The notes below the pieces were generated by a model that saw only the letters and a program-made list of their open reading frames with translations, was not told the DNA's origin and made no database searches. Both the position numbers and the translations under genes were made by a program. Shown here one piece after another: positions 24,200 to 37,259 of a stretch of 52,431 nucleotides of DNA; the first letter of the stretch is position 1, and each line of letters starts with the position of its first letter. Origin of the DNA: Octopus bimaculoides (taxonomy: Eukaryota); assembly GCF_001194135.2 (NCBI RefSeq), contig NC_069007.1, forward strand, positions 11,439,899-11,492,329, written 5' to 3'.

Positions 24200-25061
24200 N
24201 NNNNNNNNNNNNNNNNNNNNNNNNNNNNNNNNNNNNNNNNNNNNNNNNNNNNNNNNNNNNNNNNNNNNNNNNNNNNNNNNNNNNNNNNNNNNNNNNNNNN
24301 NNNNNNNNNNNNNNNNNNNNNNNNNNNNNNNNNNNNNNNNNNNNNNNNNNNNNNNNNNNNNNNNNNNNNNNNNNNNNNNNNNNNNNNNNNNNNNNNNNNN
24401 NNNNNNNNNNNNNNNNNNNNNNNNNNNNNNNNNNNNNNNNNNNNNNNNNNNNNNNNNNNNNNNNNNNNNNNNNNNNNNNNNNNNNNNNNNNNNNNNNNNN
24501 NNNNNNNNNNNNNNNNNNNNNNNNNNNNNNNNNNNNNNNNNNNNNNNNNNNNNNNNNNNNNNNNNNNNNNNNNNNNNNNNNNNNNNNNNNNNNNNNNNNN
24601 NNNNNNNNNNNNNNNNNNNNNNNNNNNNNNNNNNNNNNNNNNNNNNNNNNNNNNNNNNNNNNNNNNNNNNNNNNNNNNNNNNNNNNNNNNNNNNNNNNNN
24701 NNNNNNNNNNNNNNNNNNNNNNNNNNNNNNNNNNNNNNNNNNNNNNNNNNNNNNNNNNNNNNNNNNNNNNNNNNNNNNNNNNNNNNNNNNNNNNNNNNNN
24801 NNNNNNNNNNNNNNNNNNNNNNNNNNNNNNNNNNNNNNNNNNNNNNNNNNNNNNNNNNNNNNNNNNNNNNNNNNNNNNNNNNNNNNNNNNNNNNNNNNNN
24901 NNNNNNNNNNNNNNNNNNNNNNNNNNNNNNNNNNNNNNNNNNNNNNNNNNNNNNNNNNNNNNNNNNNNNNNNNNNNNNNNNNNNNNNNNNNNNNNNNNNN
25001 NNNNNNNNNNNNNNNNNNNNNNNNNNNNNNNNNNNNNNNNNNNNNNNNNNNNNNNNNNNNN

Positions 25062-25109
<48 letters not shown>

Positions 25110-25344
25110 GCACATATATATATATTATGTCATATTAGAGGGACAATCAAAACCAAGGCAGACCAAAATCTATACCTTCCTGATAAGGATTAGTTGTGGA
25201 CATAATCCTTCTGCCTATATTCTAACTACTTTTACTTTCTATTCTCTTTTACTACTTTATTCTTCTATTTTATTCCTTAGAAAGTGTGAATTTTATTCCC
25301 TGTAGACTGTAAATTATTTTCCCAGCCTTAAATATTCATACCTT

Positions 25345-25420
25345 GTCTCTGATGATGGAATACCCAGCGCACGGACATGCTAGCCAACCACTAGGTTTAT
25401 CCCAGAAACATCTGTAAGAC
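25345..25420 (+). ncRNA. Type I hammerhead ribozyme motif in a solo PLE-like terminus
   Basis: gtct-CTGATGA-tggaatacc...ggtttatccca-GAAA-catctGTA-agac: stem I gtct/agac, stem II with one mismatch and a bulge, GUA triplet. Confidence 0.7.
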
Positions 25421-25456
25421 TTAAATGAGTGTGTGTGTATATATATGTATGTATAA

Positions 25457-25503
<47 letters not shown>

Positions 25504-25888
25504 TATACATACATACATACCAACACACATATACATATATATAAAGTCATAAAGGGCACAGAAATAATTTGATGAAAATTTATTCAGTAACACCCCAGCA
25601 TGGCTGCAGTCTGATGAGTGAAGCAAGCAAAAAATGAAAGATAAATAAGAAAATTCTAATATCACAACAAATTGTTTCATAACTTAAAAATATATAAATA
25701 TTTTGAATATAATTATTTTTAAATAAAACTTCATCAAACTATTTCTCTGCCATTTCTGACTTTATTCATTCCTTATCTTTTCCTCGTGTATCATGCTATG
25801 TATTCTGTATGTTTGGTAGAATGATACATTAAGAGGCTTTTTTTATGAGAACTACCAGATTACTTGAATCTGTATATTGTAACTTAAC

Positions 25889-25940
<52 letters not shown>

Positions 25941-26399
25941 TACAGTAAATGTCCTTTGAATATAATTTTATGTCTTCCAGTAAAACCCCAACTGAAATTC
26001 ACTTTCTTTAGTTGATACAACAAATAGTGTATATGGAAAAATAAAGTAGTTCTTGTAAATTTATGTGAAGATGGTATCAATAGTTGACTTGTTTGCCCCT
26101 TATTTATGAATCTCTAATTCTTTCTGATAACGATTTATTGCTATAATTACATGTACTTTAGGTTTTAAGCTTTGTTTATAATTCGGTTTATTTTCTGAAA
26201 ATCACTCCAAAGCATGAGATATTTCATTAAGTCTTTTTGTTAAGGTTTTCTGTCATGAAACCCAGTTTTTTGGTGGTGTTGGTGGTGGGGAGTCTCATCT
26301 TTGTAATCTAAACTAGACTCTCGTTGTTTGTTAATGCTTTCTGGTCTTTGTACAATAAATTCTGACTTTCAACTCCACCAATTTCTTCAAATTTTATCT

Positions 26400-26990
26400 A
26401 CCATCTGTAGAAAACCATTGCTAAAGAGAATGTTTCATTTTCTATCATTTGTTTCTTTTAACTACTTTTGGATATAGTTTTCCAAATTCCAAAAAGGCAT
26501 AGAAGGTTCTAATTCTTCTAGAATTCTTTAACCAACTGCTGTTCGTCATCAGCCACTTTAATCAATCATTCTTCTGAGACAATATATCTTGAATGTAGAA
26601 AGAAATTTCTGACAATAGGCTGTAGTAGTGAAGTATTGTTTGGTGAAATGCGAATGATTTCAACAGGTACGCATGTTTGGATTAAAGTAAAATTTGGAGA
26701 ATGACCAGCAGTTACAATAATGTTTGACAGTAGACCAGAAATATTTAACAAACCATTCAGCAAACAGATCCTGTATAACCCAGGGTTGTTGTTGTTTCAG
26801 TTCCCATTTAAAATGCCAACAGAATTTGGAGATGCCTTTTAGTGTTCATTCAACAAGTTCCAAGTCTCCACTAATATTTGGCATCAACAACAATATTTTC
26901 CCTGTTTCATTTCTCTTTTGTGATGGAAGTTTTAGAAAAAATCCATTTTGAAATCTCTCATATTCACATATTCATCTCCATTAAAAATTA
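26400..26990 (-). pseudogene. pogo/Tigger-like DDE_1 transposase remnant
   Basis: RC frames: KILLLMPNISGDLEL, PWVIQDLFAEWFVKYF, IIVTAGHSPNF, IIRISPNNTSLLQPI, matching the NASG, AWMT..F.EWF, DNA.GH and LPPNTTSLLQP motifs in order. Confidence 0.65.
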
Positions 26991-27589
26991 GTTTTGGTTG
27001 ATTTAATACTAACCTTCAAAAATCCCTTCTTCATAATCCAGGTTTTAATGCCAAAGCGAAGAATGCTTCAACCCCTTCCCCCTCTCTCTCTATACAGATT
27101 CCCTGAAGAAGGCCAGTCATATTAACTGAAATACTTGATTACTCAATGTTGTGAAAGTTGTTACAAACACTCGAGGACTGTCCTTTCTGTATCAGGAAGT
27201 GTTTCCATACAAGAATGAATAAAAGATTTATAAATATGATGAAAGCAGTGAAGGGAAACATAATGATGAGCTCAAAAGAGAGAACCAGCCTTCATAGCAC
27301 TGGATTTAGGGAGAGATCTAAAATTATAATCAATACAAATAACATCTTTGCAAAAAGTTTAACCTAAAATTGGACATAAAAACAAGAATATTATCAGAGT
27401 ATGTGTAGGGGGTTAATGGAAAGGAGTTTAGTTTTCACAGAGTTGAAAGTAATGAAAGATAGAGCTCTGCCATTAGTCATCAAATGGAGGTGACACTGAA
27501 GAGAACCAACTATTTCCTCATCATCTCCATGAACACCACCATCACCACCACCTCGCCACTCTGATCAAATAAATTAGACTTCAAATTCA

Positions 27590-27900
27590 AGCAGGAATAC
27601 AAAGTGTAATCAATAAGGTTTGAAAGATCATGAATAAAAGCTGAGAAGATCAGACTAAAAGTAAACCTTCAAGGAACACCAGATGAGATGGAGTAAATGG
27701 AATGTTTCACATTAAAAGCAACTTTAATGTTATGGTCAACCAAAAAAATGATTCATGAAACTTTATAAGGATTCTTCCAGCATGACAAACCTTGTTAAAT
27801 ACCTTTGATACATCAAAGGAACAAGACTTCAACACTGTTATTTTAATCCCTGCAAAACCATTCCCTTATTACAGTCAGACGATCAACAGAGAAGTGTTGG
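27590..27900 (-). pseudogene. Decayed CR1/L2/Jockey-like reverse transcriptase fragment
   Basis: RC encodes FDVSKVFNKVCHAG (cf. DxSKAFDxVxH) and SSGVP*RFTFSLIFSAFIHDL (cf. GVPQGS.LGP.LF..FINDL). Confidence 0.55.
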
Positions 27901-27989
27901 AGTGTGGAGACTCTGCAGTTTGTTAAAGAACAGACTGAGTTAAGGTGCAATCGTTAGAGGAATCAGAACACCAGTGTTAGTAGAAAGCC

Positions 27990-28800
27990 CTGAGATGATA
28001 GTAACATTGATCATCAAAGCAGTCTATCGTGGACCAATAACTGGATTACTACCTTCCACTTTGAAGGGTATGTGTTTGCAATCCAGGAACAGGAAATTTC
28101 AACCAAATACCTGATGCACAAAAGGGATAGAGATGCAGGAAAAGCAGTAAACTGTGACAACCAATGCAGACTTTGTGGAGTTAACACCAAAGATATCACC
28201 CACATCATAAGCAGATGTCCGAAAATGTCATCATGGTATTATCTGTCAATGAGACATGATGTTGTAGCTAGGACACTCTATAAGGAAATCTATCAGAAGG
28301 ATAACCCCGAGAAAAAAGGAAATAAGAACCCACAGTATGGTAGAAACCATAGCCACTCATAATAAAAAGCACTGGTGGAATGTCCCAGTGAAAGCACAAG
28401 AGACTTGATATAATGATTTGGAATAGAGAAGAGAAACTGTGTAGAGCTGTGGAAATTAGCTGCCCAGCAGATGCTTACACAAAGCTGAAGATCGGTGAAA
28501 AAGAGAATACTTACGCTGAACTATCTGCAGTTACTCTATCTATATTACAAGTTTAGGTTTATACCTGTAATTATTGGGGCCCTGAGATATGTAGCACACT
28601 GCCTAAATACCAATCTTGAGAAATTAGGCTTCTCAGAACTAGAAAGCTGAAAAGTAATTCAAAGACTACAGATCCAATCCATCACTGGAACTGTAAAAAC
28701 TCTGTAGAACTTCCAGAAATTTATCATTTACGTATATTTGAACATGTCTAGATATGCAACTATATGCATGAGAAGACGTACATAAAACAAAACATACAAA
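27990..28800 (+). mobile_element. R4/Dong/NeSL-type retrotransposon 3' end (CCHC knuckle + RLE)
   Basis: FEGYVFAIQEQEISTKY...CRLCGVNTKDITHIISRCPKM...RHDVVA, then WWNVPV, VEISCPAD, FIPVIIGAL; frameshifts and stops; runs into (TA)n. Confidence 0.85.
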
Positions 28801-28802
28801 TC

Positions 28803-28848
<46 letters not shown>

Positions 28849-29604
28849 NNNNNNNNNNNNNNNNNNNNNNNNNNNNNNNNNNNNNNNNNNNNNNNNNNNN
28901 NNNNNNNNNNNNNNNNNNNNNNNNNNNNNNNNNNNNNNNNNNNNNNNNNNNNNNNNNNNNNNNNNNNNNNNNNNNNNNNNNNNNNNNNNNNNNNNNNNNN
29001 NNNNNNNNNNNNNNNNNNNNNNNNNNNNNNNNNNNNNNNNNNNNNNNNNNNNNNNNNNNNNNNNNNNNNNNNNNNNNNNNNNNNNNNNNNNNNNNNNNNN
29101 NNNNNNNNNNNNNNNNNNNNNNNNNNNNNNNNNNNNNNNNNNNNNNNNNNNNNNNNNNNNNNNNNNNNNNNNNNNNNNNNNNNNNNNNNNNNNNNNNNNN
29201 NNNNNNNNNNNNNNNNNNNNNNNNNNNNNNNNNNNNNNNNNNNNNNNNNNNNNNNNNNNNNNNNNNNNNNNNNNNNNNNNNNNNNNNNNNNNNNNNNNNN
29301 NNNNNNNNNNNNNNNNNNNNNNNNNNNNNNNNNNNNNNNNNNNNNNNNNNNNNNNNNNNNNNNNNNNNNNNNNNNNNNNNNNNNNNNNNNNNNNNNNNNN
29401 NNNNNNNNNNNNNNNNNNNNNNNNNNNNNNNNNNNNNNNNNNNNNNNNNNNNNNNNGTTGATGCTGAAATTCCAATGAAGGAGCCTTGGATCTAGATTAG
29501 AAACCGGTTCTTTCTCTATTGGCAAGAAATCTTGAAATAAAACTGAATAATCAAACACACACACACAAATTAGAAAGTGGGAATGAACAAGCAAAACATA
29601 TGGT

Positions 29605-30200
29605 ATCACTTTAGTACATTTTCCATCTCAGATGTCTCCGCAAGATCTTAGGCCTAACATGGTGCGACAAGGTCACCAATGTTGAAGTGCTGGTGCAGAC
29701 GAATCTTCAAGGCATGACAGCTATCTTGTGTATGAGAAGACTGGGGTGGCTGGGGCATGTCAGGAGAATGGATGACCATCGAATCCCGAAGCAACTGCTC
29801 TATGGAGAACTGGCCCAGGGCAAGAGACCAAGAGGAAGACCAAAACTGAGGTATAAGGACACTTGCAAAACTAGTTTGTCCAAGTGTGAGGTGGATGTCA
29901 GCACCTGGGAAAAGAGGGGTGAGGACAGAACAACATGGAGGACTGTGGTGAAGGAAGGAACTGCTTCGCTAGAGAGAGCAGCTACAGAAACAAACAAGTT
30001 GAGAAGTGTCAGAGGCGAAAGGAAAACAACAGAAATGCAGAGTGCCGAGCCACCCTCTTGGTAGGCAAGTACTATGACAGAAGCTACGCTTCAATCATAG
30101 GAAGAATCAGCCATGAAAGAAGCTGCAAGAAAGGGAGCCCCTGATATGTTCAATTAAGTGACCTCTAAGCTAAATTGACCATCTGCATAGACGAAAAGGG
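29605..30200 (+). mobile_element. RTE-clade LINE 3' end (ORF2 C-terminus + 3' UTR)
   Basis: FHLRCLRKILGLTWCDKVTNVEVL...RRLGWLGHVRRMDDHRIPKQLLYGELAQGKRPRGRPKLRYKDTCK...WRTVVKEG. Confidence 0.9.
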
Positions 30201-30219
30201 CCAGAGCACCTTATATAGT

Positions 30220-30550
30220 TCTCTGGATATATTACTATACCTAATAGTTGTATGTAAAATATATACACACATGCTTTATATAGACGCACACTTCATATAT
30301 TTCCCTGGATATATATTACTGCATTTCGCAGATGTGTGTAAAATATATACGCTTATTTTATCTATATATATTCATATTTCACTATGGTTAGCAGTTATGC
30401 GTTTAATGAATGTATAACCACACATTTTCTATATAGACATATATATATTTCCCTAGATATATATTACTGTTATACACACATATTTTATTCATTTCTCTAG
30501 ATATATTACTATGGTTAACGGTTGCGTATAAAATTTATACACACATATGC
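30220..30550 (+). repeat. Degenerate AT-rich tandem repeat
   Basis: ct(g/a)gatatatattact recurs four times at irregular spacing. Confidence 0.5.
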
Positions 30551-30884
30551 TCCCTTCATCTGAAATATATTGGGAATAAATCCCCAGTGGTAGAGTTTGA
30601 GCCATTATCTCTAAATAGGAATCTAAGAATATCCTAGGAATTGGAATTCTTGAGAAAATTTAGTTAACTATCGAGGGAAATATGACATTATATATATATA
30701 TATATATGTATTGTTTTATTTCCCTATCCTTTTAAAATTTGCATTACTTGCTATATTAATATATTTCTACGTCTGAATTTTGATTTCATTCTATATTTAC
30801 TCTCTCTTTCTCTCTCCTCTCTTATTCACGATGAAAATTAATCACATCATCATCATCATCATCATCATTGTCATTATGTTCGAC

Positions 30885-31040
30885 TTTATCCTCTGAGTTC
30901 AAATTCCGCTGGGGTCGACTTTGCCATTCATCCTTTTGGGATTGATAAAACAAGTACTAGTTGAGCACTAGGGCCGATGTAATTGATTTGACCCTCCCTC
31001 CAAAATTGCTGCTATCATGGCAAAATTTGAAACCATCATA
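30885..31040 (+). mobile_element. SINE family B, partial
   Basis: ctgagttcaaattccgctggggtcgactttgccattcatcc...caagtactagttgagcac. Confidence 0.8.
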
Positions 31041-31354
31041 ATTATTATTATTATTATTATTATTATCATTATTATTATTGTTATTATTATTATCATCGTC
31101 ATCATCCTTGTTTGACTTGAAGGTTAAAAGACGTATATTGATTAAAATATCCTTTTTATTTTAATCTAATTTACCATAGATTTTCTTCGTCTCCTTCCCC
31201 TTATTCCGCCTGATCATCATCATCACCACCACCACCACCGTCGCCACCAACATTACCATCATTGTTGTTCTCATTGTCATTGTAATCATTATCAACAACA
31301 ACACTGCCATCAGTTTTGGGAACTTGTTCAAGGGATCCATTGCAGGAGCCTCTA

Positions 31355-31720
31355 TATGGATACTTGGCCTTCTGGAAACAGCAGCCAAATACCTTCCAAA
31401 TCATACTTTGCTGTTTTAAAGAAGGAAGGACATATTGCAATTTATAGTCCTAGATATACATTGCCTTTGAAAAAAATGGGTTGGTTAAGACATAAAAGCC
31501 TTGGGTTAAAGAACATCATCAACCACTAGTGGTTGTTCAATCTACAAGAAATAGCAGCCAGATCCTCCTCAAATCTCATACTCTTGAATAAAAAGAGAAA
31601 CATTTGTTAATGGAATCCTACAATGCCCTTAAAATGTTGGGGATGTTCATCATTGGATTACGTTTGATCATTGATTTACTCAACCAGAAGTGACCTAGGG
31701 CCAAGCAGCTGCAACAACAA
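31355..31720 (-). repeat. Unclassified interspersed repeat (two partial tandem copies)
   Basis: gaaa(c/t)agcagcca(a/g)at recurs at about 31376 and 31549; its RC gactggctgctgttt.tagca recurs at 21508 and 21609. Confidence 0.5.
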
Positions 31721-31921
31721 CAATAGCAACAACGACTTGTGTTTTTCTTTGTTTTTTTTTTTTTCTCTGGCTTTACCTATCATGCTTTTAGGATTGATAA
31801 AGTAAAGTATCAGTCATGTACTGGGGTTGATTTAATTAACTAAACATTCCCATTAAACTTGTCTGATCACATAATGTTCAAAATTGTTATATTTTTAGCA
31901 TTATTATTATTATTGTTATTT

Positions 31922-32375
31922 TAAGATGGCAAGCTGGTTGAATCTTGAGCATGCCGGGCAAAATGCTTCATGGCATTTCATATGTCTTTACATTCTGAGT
32001 TCAAATTCCATGGAGGTCGACTTTGCCTTTTATCGCTTCAAGAGTCAATGAAACAAGTACCCGTTGCATACTGGGGTCAATGTAATTGACTTACCCCCTC
32101 CCCTAAAATTGCTGGCTTTGTACCAAAATTTAAAACCATTATTAATATCATTGTTTTAAGGAGGAAATTTGGCAGAATCATTAGCACGCCTGGCAAAATG
32201 CATTGCAGTATTTTGTCCGTCTTTACAATCTGAGTTCAAATCTTACTAAGGTCAACTTTGCCTTTCGTCCTTTTTGGGTCAATAAATTAAGAACCAGTTG
32301 AGCACTGGGATTGATGTAATCAACTTACTCCTTCCCCCGAAATTGCTGGCCTTGTGCCAAAATTTGAAATCATTG
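31922..32375 (+). mobile_element. Two tandem SINE family B copies (31922-32140, 32158-32375)
   Basis: Each has a ggcaga/gctgg head, ttctgagttcaaat, gtcgactttgcctt, agtacc..ttg..cactgggg and aaattgctggc.ttgt.ccaaaattt. Confidence 0.85.
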
Positions 32376-32664
32376 TTATTGCTGTTGTTAATACTTTGCT
32401 GTTATTAGATGTTGATGGTGAATCAGTTTAATTGTTTCCTATCAAACCTCAATCCATAATCTAAGATGTGAAGAATCTTTTGTCTCATCTCCTTTGATGC
32501 TGTTTATGTCTATCCTTACTTTTGAAGACTTTTTGTTAGTGTTGTTGTGGTGGTGGTGATGGTGGCTGAGGGGGAGATAATTGTTGTTAAAACAAAAAAA
32601 CAAGGTTTTGGCATTGCATTTGCTCTCTGGTTAATGATCTACAGCTCCAACACATTCCCCCTCA

Positions 32665-32878
32665 ACTACTACTACAACAACAACAACAACAACTCCTACT
32701 ACTACTGCTACTACTGCTGCTGCTGCTACTACTACTATTACTACTACTACTACTACTAGTACTACTACTACTACTACTGCTGCTGCTGCTACTACTACTG
32801 CTACTACTGCTGCTGCTGCTGCTGCTGCTACTACTACTACTACTACTAGTACTACTACTACTACTGCTGCTGCTACTG

Positions 32879-32910
<32 letters not shown>
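32665..32910. repeat. Compound (CTA)n/(CTG)n trinucleotide array
   Basis: Directly visible; includes an internally duplicated ctactagtactac...ctgctg block. Confidence 0.95.
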
Positions 32911-32914
32911 TCCA

Positions 32915-33092
32915 TTGTGGCGAGCTGGCAGAATTGTTAGCACAGCCAGCAAAAATGCTCAGCACCATTTCATCTGTCTTCGTATTCTGAGTTCAAATTC
33001 TGCTAAGGTCGATTTTACTTTTCATCCTTTTGGGGGTCGATGAAATAAGGACTGGGGTCAGTGAAATTTCAGGTGCTGTGCCAATAGTAGAA
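32915..33092 (+). mobile_element. SINE family B
   Basis: ggcgagctggcagaattgttagcac...ttctgagttcaaattctgc...ttcatcctttt.ggggtcgat. Confidence 0.8.
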
Positions 33093-33096
33093 ATTA

Positions 33097-33300
33097 TTAT
33101 TACCTCTGCTTTACTGAAGGTGGAGGTATTGTTTTCAGTTGTGTTTGATTGTTTGTTTGTTTGTCCGTGGACAAGATATCTCAAGAACCGCTGGATGAAT
33201 TCGGATGAAACTTTCAGATATGTTTGGCCTTGTGACTGGCACAAACTAATTAGATTTTGGGATTGATACGGTACTGGACAAGGATTCTGGATTATTTTTC
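33097..33300 (+). mobile_element. Helentron-type non-autonomous element (HINE/DINE-1-like) 5' part
   Basis: ttattacctctgc...gtggaggta subterminal hairpin, (tgtt)n microsatellite, then ggatgaaacttt and gattagattttggg core-like motifs. Confidence 0.45.
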
Positions 33301-35460
33301 AGGTTTTTTTTAACTTTAATGTATTTATAGCTTTAATGATGTTCCCTCGATTTAATTTTGTCTTGAGCACCTTCCTAATTCCCCTCTTGTACTCTTTAGA
33401 GATTTCGCTTTCCATTACCCTATTGTCTTGCAGCATTCCTAGGTTTTTGTATCCCTCATTACTCTGGCAATTTAATGATTCCATGCTTATTTTGTACCAC
33501 CTGATCTCCCTTCAGATGTAGTCATGCACACTTATATATCCCAAACTGTAGTTTTATAACCTTTCAGAATATTCTTACTTCGATCAAAGAATCCAGGTCT
33601 TTCACATTTTATATTTTGTATATAGTTTGATGGCATCCACATAATGCAGATGGTTTATCTTCACCATGGTTTTGGTAAACTAATAGGCAGGCCTGGATTT
33701 TCGCAGCATACTTGTACAAGGGATTGATGCAAAGATGAAGAGTAGTGAAGAGAGGGAGTCTCCTTGAAAAATACCTGTGCATCTCTTCATGTTTCCTAGG
33801 AATTCATTTGTGCATGTCAGCTCTACTTCCCACACACTCATCACTTGTTCAAAAAAGTTGTTTATCTTCTCATTGATTCCCAATGTTCCTTGACACTCCA
33901 AGACCCAGCAGTGCGAAACATTGTCATAAGCCTTCCTATAATCTACCCAAACAACAGCCAAATAAATTCTTTTATTTATTCATGCCTCATTAATATCCTA
34001 CTATCAATATACAGCAGATCATCGGTTTTTCATGACTTCTTTCTGCTTCTTTTTGGCTACTCTTGGCAACAAATTCTCCCTTCTCAGAAAGTTATATCTA
34101 TTTATAGTTATATCTACAAGGCCAAATGATAACTTCCAAAGTAATGGTAAACATGGAAAAGATCTACAATTGCTAATTCTCTTCAGTGTATCAACACTTT
34201 AGTCATTCATGCTGGCATTCCATTTTCTATGCAATCAGTACTTGGAAGACTTTTAAGCCAGAATCCCCGAGCGCCACCTGGTCCAAGAGCTTTCCAGTTT
34301 GTTATTCTCTTAATCATTTCTTTCACTTTTTTTTTATCCATAATTGTTTTATTTTCTTGTTTCATTTCATCTTCCATTTCTCTTTTAAATTCCCATAATC
34401 AATCTGAATTTATATGATGTTGGACATCTTTGCTCCTGATTTCTACCCTCAGTTTTCTTGCCACTTCAGCATTTTGCATGATTCTCTTCTTCGTTGTTCA
34501 GTTGTTTATAGAATTTTCTTTCAATGTTCTTTGAAGAGTCTATTCTGTTGGTACTGATTTGTTCTCTATTGGTACGCATGTGTGTGTGTGTGTGTTTACC
34601 TGACACTTCTTTGACATTTTTGCCTAAACTTTTATTTATCTACCTGCAGTCCTTTGTGTTTCATGTACTTCCTTTATAGTTCATCCCCATGTCTTTCTTT
34701 TCTATGATTGCCTGTATCCATTCAAGATCTCTCTTGAGCTGTTCAATCTGGTTCTCATCTCGGGTATTCATTCCCACCTTGGGACTTTTTCCTTTGTTTT
34801 TCTTTGTCTTTTAATCCCCAAAATTTGCACATAGACAGAAGCTTTGCAGTATATAAGGTTGTTGTATCTTCAATCTAGATTTTGTTAACAGTTCAACCAT
34901 CTTTTTTACTATTTAGTTTTTCTTTTCCAATTCCTTTCAGGAGTGACAATCTCTTGTTTTCACTATTTCATGTCTCATTCTGACATTCTAGTGAACTCCT
35001 GGCTTCTTCTCCAACAATCTTTCCTTCCACAAACTAAAATTTACCTTCATTCGGTCAGTTGTTTCTTTGGTGAAGATTTATTGGCTTCTCTAACATTCCG
35101 TTTGGTTCTACTCTCTTTTATTTTGTACTCACCGTTCTCAATTTCAAATTCTTTCACTATTGTAGAAATCTCCTCCAGTTCCAGCTGAGATAACCAGTCT
35201 TTTCACTATTAGATTTTTCTTGTCTAGAAGACTTTTCTCCATGTGGAAAGTGCCTTTCTTTGCCCATATTTCATACATTCTTTCCCTGTGCCCTATTTTG
35301 GTAGGCTCCCATCTGTAATAGTATTCCATTAAAATTCTGTTGTTGTTTTGAGTCCATCTTTTAATCTTTGTAGCAGTATTTGGATAACAACTGGGCCCAC
35401 CCTGCTGTACAGAGGAACACTTACTGTGTGAGAGACTTTCACTCAGGGCTCAGGTCTCAT
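33300..35460 (-). mobile_element. R4/Dong-clade retrotransposon, N-terminal region + RT, 3'-truncated and decayed
   Basis: RC: MEYYYRWEPTKIGHRERMYEIW; NWKALGPGGARGFWLK; WVDYRKAYDNVSHCW; GIFQGDSLSSLLF; YVDAIKLY; YKNLGMLQD; LNRGNIIKAINT. Confidence 0.9.
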
Positions 35461-35806
35461 AATCACAGTGGTGATCATTTTTATTTGATATTACACTCAT
35501 AAAGAAGGCTGTGCTGATGATATCACACAACCACCCGTGTTTTTATCAAGACACTGCCTCTAGTGGGGTTACCAGCCAAGGTTACCAGCTAAGGCTAAAG
35601 AGACCCTGTATTAGATTTACCACCATAATGACATTACCTGATGTTTTTTTTCCAACTAATAATAAAGAAATACTAATTGAACACACACACACACACACAC
35701 ACACATTCTTCTTGACATGGAAACTATGGTAGCCTTAATATACAAATAAAGAAATTTTATCCAATAATTTGGTGTTGATCATTCATTCACACTGCTCAAC
35801 ATTTAT

Positions 35807-35889
<83 letters not shown>

Positions 35890-36272
35890 TACACACATAC
35901 ATACATAGATATACATTATATATATAATGTAAACAACATCTACAAATAATTAGCTAAATGCTTGTGTTTACGAAAAAGATTCAATAGACAAAGCTGAAGT
36001 TATAGTTTTTATGGTGTGAATGTAAGACTTCACAAGTTTCACTTGATACTTTTATGTCCTTCATATCACCATGAATACATACATACATATATGCATGCAT
36101 ACTTTCACACACATATACTCATACATACATACATACATATATATGTATATGTACATACACACATACATACCCTCATACGAATACACACATAAAATTACTT
36201 CCGAACATGTATAGAAATATATTTACACACACACACACGTATCCAAACACTCAAGCACATAAACATGTTCCC

Positions 36273-36303
<31 letters not shown>

Positions 36304-36694
36304 CGGTTATTGATATCTAATCAAAGACTCAAACCATGTTGCTGCTGTTCTTCTATACTAACAGATACCATTATCTTTGACCACAGCATTAGAACCTAAT
36401 TTTATAAGACTGCTCCTTTTATGATTTCGGTAAAATGCCAACTAGCACTTGTACACGGACAAACCGTTCTGCACCCTAACCCTTCCTTTTACCCTTAACG
36501 AGCGCCAATTCCAACATTATTTCTCAAGTTCAAATACAATTTCGTTTATATCTAATGTTTTGTATATTGTTATCCACAGAGTGATTATTTATATTGGTGT
36601 GTGTGTATATTTATAAATATATATATATGATACATATATATGTGTGTGTGTGTGTGTGCGTGTATACACACACACACACACACATACACACATA

Positions 36695-36768
36695 TCAGAT
36701 TGGAGCCTTTGCAGCTGTTGGCTTTTCAGATCTCCGTCAAACTGTCCAACCCATGCCACACTCACACA
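36695..36768 (+). mobile_element. Family D 3' fragment
   Basis: cagattggagcc..tgcagc...gtcaaactgtccaacccatgcca. Confidence 0.6.
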
Positions 36769-36840
36769 CAAACTTGCCCTCACTCTCTCTTTTCTCTCTC
36801 TCTCACTCTCTCTCACTCTCTCTCACTCTCTCTCCCACAT

Positions 36841-36884
<44 letters not shown>

Positions 36885-37214
36885 ATTTACATCTACTGGT
36901 TTCAGTAATGTAACTGCAGCTTATCTGAGCCATCATCCTTGAAAATGTTTTAAGTTGATTCCAGTTGTGTCTGACTCCTATTTCATTAACCTTGGACGAG
37001 AGGCCTGATGCAAGTGCGATTTTAACTCAGAACCAAATAAGGAAGAACATAGTTGTGTGTGTGTGTGTGGAGTACTGGAATATAATATTTTGCTTTCTGT
37101 TANNNNNNNNNNNNNNNNNNNNNNNNNNNNNNNNNNNNNNNNNNNNNNNNNNNNNNNNNNNNNNNNNNNNNNNNNNNNNNNNNNNNNNNNNNNNNNNNNN
37201 NNNNNNNNNNNNNN

Positions 37215-37259
<45 letters not shown>

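Noticed and set aside
27116-27160. CTGAAGAagg...actGAAAtac hammerhead-like motif
   Set aside because: The core words are present, but stem II pairs poorly and no stem I partner or NUH site could be placed.
35510-35560. CTGATGA near the 5' end of the R4-like element
   Set aside because: No GAAA in register and it is on the strand opposite the element; I also could not build an HDV-like fold by eye.
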